Origin: Candidatus Limnocylindria bacterium
Lineage (GTDB): Bacteria > Chloroflexota > Limnocylindria > Limnocylindrales > CSP1-4
Direction of reading: 5' to 3'
NCBI GenBank assembly: GCA_041486935.1
Contig: JBGPMJ010000001.1
Span: 1 to 37,599, forward strand
Length of the DNA: 37,599 bases
The translations under genes were made by a program, and so were the position numbers. The first letter of the stretch is position 1. Each line of letters starts with the position of its first letter. The notes below the pieces were generated by a model that saw nothing but the letters and a program-made list of their open reading frames with translations, did not search any database and had not been told where the DNA came from. Positions 31,192 through 37,599 of this stretch are shown one piece after another.

Positions 31192-31950
31192 TCACAAGCC
31201 GCGGCGGACGTGCTCCTCAGGCAGCTCGTACCAGGGGAACCGTCGGCCGACCCGTGCGCGGGCCCGCCAACGAAGCGATTTCGGGACGGACGCCATCGCC
31301 GTGCGGATCTCGGCGAGGCGCGACCGGATCGTCGCTGCGCGTTCGGCATCGAGCGTCGCCGCGCCGGCCTCCAGTCGGTCGAGCATGTCGGACGCCGTCG
31401 CGAACCAGCCCCAATCGGAGCCCGTCACCGCGGCGATCCGGTCGAGTCCGATCACGTCGCCTTCCGCTTCCCGCCCGGTGGCGTGCAGGTCGACGAGTGC
31501 CAGCCCATCCACGATGTCCTTCAAGTTGACCTCAACGATCTGGAGCTTGGTTAGGAGCAGGTCGGCCGGTCGCAGGGTGCCGGACGCGTCGGAAAGGCGC
31601 CCATCCAAGTCGAGCGCGTGACACATCGCGAATCGACCCACGAAGACGTCGAGTTGACGATCGTTCCCATGGTCCCAGTAGAGCTGCCGTTTATAGCCGT
31701 ACAGCGCATTGAATTTCCGATCCCCCTCGTATCCGGACTCCTCGAGCAACCGTCGAAGATCCCCTTCGTGTCTCGAGGCGACGGCGAGGTCGATGTCCGC
31801 GTAGGTTCGGGACAGCGCTGGCGGCAGCGGATGATGCGCATGCATCGCGACGGCGACGCCGCCGAGCACTCGGGCTGGAATCCCAGCCGAATCGATCGCC
31901 CCGATCACGCGCCGCGCCTCCGCGACGACGTCGGCCTCGGTTCCGCTCAT
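31192..31950 (-). CDS. nucleotidyltransferase-fold protein (uncharacterised NTase family)
   Basis: GIPARVLGGVAVAMHA...RTYADIDLAVASRHEGDLRRLLEESGY. Start at MSGTEAD (31950), overlapping the upstream TGA (ATGA). The longer 394-aa ORF is an Arg-rich extension. Confidence 0.6.
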   Translation of the reverse strand: MSGTEADVVAEARRVIGAIDSAGIPARVLGGVAVAMHAHHPLPPALSRTYADIDLAVASRHEGDLRRLLEESGYEGDRKFNALYGYKRQLYWDHGNDRQLDVFVGRFAMCHALDLDGRLSDASGTLRPADLLLTKLQIVEVNLKDIVDGLALVDLHATGREAEGDVIGLDRIAAVTGSDWGWFATASDMLDRLEAGAATLDAERAATIRSRLAEIRTAMASVPKSLRWRARARVGRRFPWYELPEEHVRRGL

Positions 31951-32897
31951 CCGGCGACGAGCTGGTGTCGCTTGAGGCCCTTCTCGGAGAGCGTGACGAT
32001 CGCGCCTCGGAGGATCCCGTCGCTGTATTCGCTGCCCGGGTTGATGCACAGCGTCCGGCCGATCTTCACCGCGCCCCGCGACTCGTGGATGTGCCCATGG
32101 AGTGCGAGCGGCGGTTGGTTGCGCTCGATGGCCGAGCGGACGGCGACCGAGCCCACACCGGCGATGACCGGAGCCCCGCCGCTCATGACGGGCGACAGGT
32201 CCGGGTTGAGCAGTGCCGCCTTGTCGAGCTGGCTGTCCTTGGGTGGCACGTGGAGATTGAAGATCGCCCGGTCCATGGTCGCGAGCCGTGCGATCTCGGC
32301 CTCGATCCGACCCAGGAGGACATCCTCGGGCAACTCCCTCGGCGAGTCCCACGGCGTCGGGTTCGACCAGCCGCACGAGATCATGGACCAGCCCCCGGGC
32401 AACTCCGTCACGTGTCCGTCTGGGTTCTGGACGCGTCCACCGCGTGCGAGAATCTCGTCGATGAATGGCGGGTCGTCATTGGCGGGGCCAAGGTAGACCT
32501 GGACGTCGGTTCCGGCGAGTCGCTCGTCGGCGATCTGCAGCCAGCGCTCCAGCGTCTCGGTCATCTTCACCTCGAACAGCCGCTCCACGGCTCCGCGATC
32601 CGATTCGAGTGCCGCGACTTCGTCCGGCGTCGTCTCATATGGGTAGTAGCCGCTGTCTGCGACGAGCTTGCGGAGGCGTCCGACCTCGTCGCCCCGGACC
32701 GTGCGCTCCTCGCCGGCGAGCCTCGCCCGATACCGATCGCCTCCGATCGCGACGATCGGGACGAGCATCTTGCCAGTCATGTCACCGCCCATCACGAGAA
32801 CCTGGCAGTCGAAGAACCGGGCGGCGTTGATGAACTTCTTCCAGCAGACGTCCGAACCATGGATGTCGGTGGCGAAGAAGAGTTTGAACTCGCTCAC
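31947..32897 (-). CDS. metallophosphoesterase
   Basis: FFATDIHGSD, VMGGDMTGK and LALHGHIHES are present. The GTG start overlaps the kinase stop (GTGA). Confidence 0.8.
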   Translation of the reverse strand: MSEFKLFFATDIHGSDVCWKKFINAARFFDCQVLVMGGDMTGKMLVPIVAIGGDRYRARLAGEERTVRGDEVGRLRKLVADSGYYPYETTPDEVAALESDRGAVERLFEVKMTETLERWLQIADERLAGTDVQVYLGPANDDPPFIDEILARGGRVQNPDGHVTELPGGWSMISCGWSNPTPWDSPRELPEDVLLGRIEAEIARLATMDRAIFNLHVPPKDSQLDKAALLNPDLSPVMSGGAPVIAGVGSVAVRSAIERNQPPLALHGHIHESRGAVKIGRTLCINPGSEYSDGILRGAIVTLSEKGLKRHQLVAG

Positions 32898-33871
32898 GAT
32901 GGGTTCCCTGTACCGAGGTGCTCACGCAGCGACGTGATGGCGGGCTCGAGCGAACCAGCCGATCGGTCATCGAGCAGGGCGGCGACCCGGGCGACACGCT
33001 CGGCCATCGCCGGTGCGATCCCATCCCGGAATGCCCCGAACCCGCCGATGGTCTCACCCGCCGCGACCGTCCCGCATGCGGCAGCCACGGCCGGCGAGCC
33101 CGTCATGAGCCATCCGGCGACGAAGCCGCCACAGTACGCGTCGCCGGCTCCGGTCGGGTCGACGACCGGGACGTCGAGTGCCGGGACGCGGAACGAGCGT
33201 CCACGCCACCGCACGACGGATCCGAGAGCACCGAGCTTGACCGCAACCAGGGCAGGCCGCCAGGCATCGAATCGCTCGGCGGCGGCAAAGCCAAAGGCGA
33301 TCCCCTCTGGCGCCTCCAGATCCGGGAATAGCAATCGCGCCTCGAGTTCGCTCGGCATGAACGCCACATCCTCGATGAGCGACGCGAGCCGGTCCTCGAA
33401 CCCAACGATGTACTCCTCGTGCGGATCGAGCGAGATCGGCACCCCGGCGGCTCGCCCAGCCGCAACACCGATCTCGTGGGCTTCGATCGGCATCGCTGCC
33501 AAGTGGAGCCAGGCCGCACCGGCCAGCGATCCGTAATCGGTCGGCGTCGGGGACGTCAGCAGGAGCCGGTCCGCGGTCGAGACCCACTCGAACGTCCGGC
33601 CGCCGTCCGCACGATAGGTGACCCGGTAATGGACGGTCGGCCCGTCGATCTGCCGGACCTGCGACACATCGACACCCGCTGCGGCGATCCGCTCCAGATG
33701 ATGAGCGGGATAGTCATCGCCGACGAGCGTGAGCAGGACAGGGGTCTGACCCCAGGTCCGGACTCCGAGGGAGGCATACAGGGCGTCTCCGCCCGGGGCG
33801 GCGGGGAATGCGCCGTCCGGCGTGATGGTGTCATCGAGGCTCAGGTTCCCGGCCACGACGACCGGCGGCAT
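32894..33871 (-). CDS. PfkB-family carbohydrate kinase
   Basis: VVDPTGAGDAYCGGFVAGW is a PfkB signature. Start at MPPVVVAGNLSLDD (33871), which shares one nt with the upstream TGA. Confidence 0.8.
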   Translation of the reverse strand: MPPVVVAGNLSLDDTITPDGAFPAAPGGDALYASLGVRTWGQTPVLLTLVGDDYPAHHLERIAAAGVDVSQVRQIDGPTVHYRVTYRADGGRTFEWVSTADRLLLTSPTPTDYGSLAGAAWLHLAAMPIEAHEIGVAAGRAAGVPISLDPHEEYIVGFEDRLASLIEDVAFMPSELEARLLFPDLEAPEGIAFGFAAAERFDAWRPALVAVKLGALGSVVRWRGRSFRVPALDVPVVDPTGAGDAYCGGFVAGWLMTGSPAVAAACGTVAAGETIGGFGAFRDGIAPAMAERVARVAALLDDRSAGSLEPAITSLREHLGTGNPS

Positions 33872-34887
33872 CACCCCACCGCCTCCGTCGGCGGCGGTCG
33901 AATCCCATATCTGCGATCGGCCTCTTCCCCGGCAGTCGAGGGGGCGATGATGCCGGCCTCGGTGATCAAGCCCCGGAGGGTGTCGCCCGGCACTACGTCG
34001 ACCAGGGGGTTCCGGTAGCCGTAGCCAGCGGCCTTCCACTCCAGCGTCTCCGGGACCCCGTCGGGATCCTCGACCTCGTTGAACGCACGCAGCTCGGGCG
34101 ACACGCCGGCCATGAGCTTCCACAGGTCCGTGACGGCATAGACCGGGACGCCGCGCCGCTGGCCGACCAGCGCGATCGCCAGCGCCCCGGGAGTCGTCAG
34201 GACCGTGCCATCCGGGAGCACCGCGTCAGCGCCGATGAGACACAACCGGAGATCCATGGTGTTCACCGCCCACCCGATCCCGGCGTCCGTGACGACGACC
34301 GCTTGGTGACCTACGGCAACGGCGTCCCGAGCGACTCGAAGCCCGTCGGTGCGACGCGATCGGCAGGCCGTGGCCACCACGGTCAGGTGCTTGCCCTCGG
34401 CGGCCGCCTGGCGCACGACGGCCTGGGTCGATCGGTCGGCGAAATCGTGCACGAGGATCCGGTCGCCGTCGGCGACGAGGGCGCTGCCAGCGCGCGCCAT
34501 GACCTCGGACGCGGCGGCCATCGTCGCCATCGCCGACTCGTAGCGCTCGCGCATCCGGGCTGCGACGGCCACTGGATCCCCCTCGAGGCCCTCTGCAAGG
34601 ACCGCTCGGATCATGTTCGTCACGCCTGGCTGGTGGAGCGTGGTCTGGCCGACGGTCTGGAGATGCCCGACGAGCCCACGAACCGCGTCGGCGAGGCCGG
34701 CGGTCTCAGGTGGCCAGCCAGCAGCGAGCTCGATGAGGGCTTGTGCCGCCAGCTGCGCTCGCGCTCGCGCGCCCGGTGGGTGCGGATCGGCGTAGGCCAT
34801 GACCGGGCTCCGGACGGCGATCGGCAACGCACGGATCCACGGCTCGTCGCGTGGACCCACGGGGTCGGACGAAGTCGGGCGCGTCAT
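33871..34887 (-). CDS. IF-2B family protein (MtnA / ribose-1,5-bisphosphate isomerase-like)
   Basis: RILVHDFADRSTQ...VVATACRSRRTDG...CLIGADAVLPDGTVLTTPGALAIALV...VPVYAV is typical of the eIF-2B alpha/beta/delta-like isomerase family. Confidence 0.7.
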   Translation of the reverse strand: MTRPTSSDPVGPRDEPWIRALPIAVRSPVMAYADPHPPGARARAQLAAQALIELAAGWPPETAGLADAVRGLVGHLQTVGQTTLHQPGVTNMIRAVLAEGLEGDPVAVAARMRERYESAMATMAAASEVMARAGSALVADGDRILVHDFADRSTQAVVRQAAAEGKHLTVVATACRSRRTDGLRVARDAVAVGHQAVVVTDAGIGWAVNTMDLRLCLIGADAVLPDGTVLTTPGALAIALVGQRRGVPVYAVTDLWKLMAGVSPELRAFNEVEDPDGVPETLEWKAAGYGYRNPLVDVVPGDTLRGLITEAGIIAPSTAGEEADRRYGIRPPPTEAVG

Positions 34888-34982
34888 CGGGGTCTCACTC
34901 GTGGTCGATGCCTGACATCAGCGCGCCGGGCCCAAAGGCAGAAGGGCCCGGCGCGGCGCGAGATCGCGGTGTCGACGATGGG

Positions 34983-36626
34983 TCAGTCAGGCGGGATCGC
35001 CCGATAGATGAGGTTCGTATCCACCCCGCGGTTGCGATTGTAGATCCCGGCTGCGACGTACCACACGACACCTGACCCGATGACCAGGGCGGCCACGGCG
35101 AGCGAGATGTCACGCGTGACGCCGAAGAACGAGTTGATGTCGTTGTTCGTGACGAACAGGAACAGCTGGCCACCGAGGACGATGACCGCGACGACGCCGG
35201 CCAACGCGATGGAGGGGATCCTGGCGAGCGTACGGCCCCCGCCCGCCCGCCAGACATCCTTCATCCGATAGGGAAAGATGATCCCAGCGATGGCCACGAT
35301 GATGAACGCGATGATCTGGGCCATGAGCGCCCCTAGCAGGCTCGCCTGCGGGATCGCGATCAAGGCGAGGATCGACAGTTCGCCCGCGATCGTGCAGAGG
35401 ATGATCGCGTTGCGGGGGCTGTGCGTGCGCTCATCGACGTCGCCGAGCGCGCTCGGGATCATGCGGTCGAGCGACGCGGCCAGCATGTAGCGCGTCGCCT
35501 GGAGCTCGGATGCCGGGGTGCCGTTGAGCGCCCAGGCGACGAACCCGAGGAAGATGATCAGCTGGATGACGATGTTCCCGCCGAGGATCGACCCGAGGAA
35601 GTTGATGCCGGCTTGGACGCCGAGATCAGCGCCGTGGTTCGTGGCGAGGAAGCCCAGCGACGAGATCCATTGCTCGCCGGCGCCGGAGACGACCAGCCAC
35701 AGGACCAGGGCGAGGGCCAGTCCGTTGAACAGGGTCGAGCCGAACAGCGCGTACCACATCGAACGACCGGCTCGCTTGATCTCGCCACCGATCTGTGCCG
35801 GTCCGACGCCGAACCCGACGACGAAGAAGACCCACGGGAGCATGAGGAACGTGCTGCCGAGGTCGAACCCGCCTGAAGGCGGGGTGTAGCCGAGTTCCTG
35901 CGCCTTGGGCACGATCTGGTCGTAGGTCAGCCCACTGCCCTGGCCGGCCACGAAGCCATCCCAGGCGGTCTTGAGGCCACTCTGGCCGTTCACCAGGACG
36001 AGGACGGCGGGAATCAGGACGGCGGCGAACGCGAACACGATCGTGATCCGCTGCCAACCCCAGAACCGACGCGTCAACACGAGGTAGGCGAAGAACACGT
36101 TGACGACGGAGCCGAGGACGAAGGTCCAGATCGGTTGGGCGATCGTCGTCCCGAGATCGGCCAGGCCGGCGATCCCGGTGGTCTGGGCAAGCACCTGCAG
36201 GGTGGGAGGAAGGATGAACTGGCAGAGCGCCCAGGCATTGAAGCCGATCCAGAAGAAGATCAGCCAGATCGCCTGGTTCCAGCCAAGGATCCAGCCGATG
36301 AACGGGTGGATGGCCCGCGACGTGAAGACGTAGTCGCCGCCAGACCGCGGCATGGCCGCCGAGAACTCGCTGTAGACCCACTGGATCGAGAACGCCATCA
36401 ACAACGTGCCGATGATCGCGGCGATGATCATGTTCCCGTTGGCGAAGAACGCGGGCGCCTGCTGCAGCATGAACAAGGCACCGAGCCCCACGTTCATGCC
36501 AACGGCGTTGAACAGGAAGGCATCGGTGGCCGAGATGTCCCGGACCAGACCGGTGGCCTTTCGCAGGAACAGGCCTGAGCCCGCCCCGCCAGCGGCGTTG
36601 ATCGTCTCCATCGAAGCCTCTGTCAT
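34983..36626 (-). CDS. APC-superfamily amino acid/polyamine permease
   Basis: 547 aa with about 12 or more hydrophobic helices. It has the N-terminal LRKATGLVRDISATDAFLFNAVGMNVG pattern. Confidence 0.75.
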   Translation of the reverse strand: MTEASMETINAAGGAGSGLFLRKATGLVRDISATDAFLFNAVGMNVGLGALFMLQQAPAFFANGNMIIAAIIGTLLMAFSIQWVYSEFSAAMPRSGGDYVFTSRAIHPFIGWILGWNQAIWLIFFWIGFNAWALCQFILPPTLQVLAQTTGIAGLADLGTTIAQPIWTFVLGSVVNVFFAYLVLTRRFWGWQRITIVFAFAAVLIPAVLVLVNGQSGLKTAWDGFVAGQGSGLTYDQIVPKAQELGYTPPSGGFDLGSTFLMLPWVFFVVGFGVGPAQIGGEIKRAGRSMWYALFGSTLFNGLALALVLWLVVSGAGEQWISSLGFLATNHGADLGVQAGINFLGSILGGNIVIQLIIFLGFVAWALNGTPASELQATRYMLAASLDRMIPSALGDVDERTHSPRNAIILCTIAGELSILALIAIPQASLLGALMAQIIAFIIVAIAGIIFPYRMKDVWRAGGGRTLARIPSIALAGVVAVIVLGGQLFLFVTNNDINSFFGVTRDISLAVAALVIGSGVVWYVAAGIYNRNRGVDTNLIYRAIPPD

Positions 36627-36688
36627 GTCCGACCTCCCACGCGGCTCCCTACGGTCGGCTGGCGCGCTCCCTCCACTCTGCGGCTGGG

Positions 36689-36718
36689 CCGATACGTTAT
36701 GAGATTATGATGATAGGC
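36689..36718 (-). promoter_or_regulatory. candidate promoter for the permease gene in a rare AT-rich patch
   Basis: The minus strand reads TTGACA (36718-36713) ccctgcctatcatcaTAATCTcat. The -35 is a perfect consensus, but the spacing to any -10-like hexamer is suboptimal (13-18 nt). Confidence 0.35.
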
Positions 36719-36724
36719 AGGGTG

Positions 36725-37177
36725 TCAACGGTGGTCGACGGCGGTCTGCGCGGCCAACTCGGCGAGCGCGATGTCGTCCTCCGTGGAGGCGCCTGACACC
36801 GCCACTGCTCCGGCCAACCGGTCGCCGATGAGGATCGGCACGCCGCCTCCGACGGTCATCAGGGGGCCGACGTGATGCATCCCGTGGAAGAACTCGGGCT
36901 CGGTCTCGAGGTCGCCCTTCAGTGACGCCGCGAAGGAAGCCGTGGAGCGCCAGGTGAGCCCCACCGTGCGGCACTTGCGCATCGCCGACTCGGCCGCGAG
37001 GGGAGGCACCCCATCCATGCGGGCGAGCGCAACGAGATCACCCGAAGGGGCGGCGACCGCGACGACGACACCGATCCCCCGCGCGCGGGCCTCTGCGACC
37101 GCAGCGTCGATCGCCGCCCGTGCGGCCTCGAGTGAGACGGTGCCCGGCGGGCCCGGGGGATGAAGGTCGTGTGCCAT
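36725..37177 (-). CDS. GlcG/HbpS-like heme-binding protein (DUF336)
   Basis: GGGVPILIGDRLAGAVAVSGASTEDDIALAELA matches the DUF336 core. Confidence 0.75.
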   Translation of the reverse strand: MAHDLHPPGPPGTVSLEAARAAIDAAVAEARARGIGVVVAVAAPSGDLVALARMDGVPPLAAESAMRKCRTVGLTWRSTASFAASLKGDLETEPEFFHGMHHVGPLMTVGGGVPILIGDRLAGAVAVSGASTEDDIALAELAAQTAVDHR

Positions 37178-37209
37178 CGCCTCTGCCTCTGCTATCGGTG
37201 GTGCCTGGG

Positions 37210-37599
37210 CTAGGCGGGCTCGCCCCGCGTGTCCCGATGGATGGTCTCGTAGTGCTCGCGCTCGTGGGCTTGGGACGCAAAGCCGTAGGACCGCGTCCCG
37301 AGGGCCTCAGACGCGAAGAACCCGACCTGCGCGAGCGGCAGGCAGCTGACGAGCGGCGAGACCGCCTCGTCGAGGCCACGCGCGATCGGCAGGCGGATCG
37401 CGGCGAGCCTGGCAGCCCGATCGTCGACCTCATCGCTCACGAAGACCGCGGGCGCGTTGATGAACGCCATCTCGGCAAGGAGCTCCGCCGCGCGGTCGCG
37501 CGAGGCGCCGGTCGGCGCGACCACGACGATGGGGGTCCTGGGCCCACTCACGAAGTACTGCTCATGGGCCCACTCCTCGAGGTCCTGCACGACGCCGTA
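37210..37599 (-). CDS. SIS-domain sugar-phosphate isomerase/aminotransferase-like protein, C-terminal part (CDS runs off the right edge)
   Basis: The frame is open to the window edge (..YGVVQDLEEW). The C-terminal region LPLAQVGFFASEALG is typical of the second SIS domain of GlmS/FrlB-like proteins. Confidence 0.5.
   Translation of the reverse strand, partial: YGVVQDLEEWAHEQYFVSGPRTPIVVVAPTGASRDRAAELLAEMAFINAPAVFVSDEVDDRAARLAAIRLPIARGLDEAVSPLVSCLPLAQVGFFASEALGTRSYGFASQAHEREHYETIHRDTRGEPA

Noticed and set aside
1-37599. CRISPR arrays, rRNA genes, reverse transcriptase/retron or toxin-antitoxin pairs
   Set aside because: Reading both strands, I found no regularly spaced direct repeats of 25-40 bp, no rRNA-like segments, no RT motifs (YxDD) and no convincing small-gene TA pair.

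Overview
This is a high-GC (roughly 70%) chromosomal segment that looks like Actinomycetota. All calls come from reading motifs, reading frames, third-position GC and repeats by eye. No database search was run.

**Layout**
- **1-13.1 kb, ordinary core genes.** An ABC-2 exporter operon with a large exported protein, a DUF1015 protein, an alpha/beta-hydrolase-fold protein, tRNA-Glu(CUC), a DUF1611/DgcN-like plus enolase-superfamily epimerase pair, a solitary DNA methyltransferase, and a YhdH/AcuI-type oxidoreductase.
- **13.1-31.1 kb, a mosaic of mobile and defence DNA at a tRNA-Arg(UCU) gene.**
  - A 111-bp direct repeat (yhdH tail plus tRNA 5' half) brackets a 2.9-kb insert that has no integrase and mostly encodes small membrane proteins.
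  - The intact tRNA-Arg follows. A large serine recombinase ORF ends inside it, on the antisense strand.
  - Next comes a translationally coupled DUF3987 / Zn-ribbon / XRE module.
  - A NERD nuclease gene sits between an integrase 3' remnant and a full tyrosine integrase.
  - A lower-GC block (about 55-60%) then holds an ABC/SMC-like ATPase, an IS110-family insertion sequence, and a four-gene plus-strand cluster.
- **31.2-37.6 kb, core again.** A nucleotidyltransferase / metallophosphoesterase / PfkB kinase / IF-2B-family isomerase operon, an APC permease, a GlcG/DUF336 protein, and a partial SIS-domain gene.

**Best candidate for an undescribed system**
The candidate is the four-gene cluster at 26239-31024, possibly together with the divergent ATPase at 23273-24544, which the IS110 element now separates from it. 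The cluster contains:
- a Dam-family methyltransferase;
- a 752-aa protein combining PD-(D/E)xK, DGQHR (DndB/ParB-like) and HEPN motifs;
- a small protein;
- a NucS/DUF91-like nuclease.

No CRISPR array, rRNA gene or reverse transcriptase was seen.
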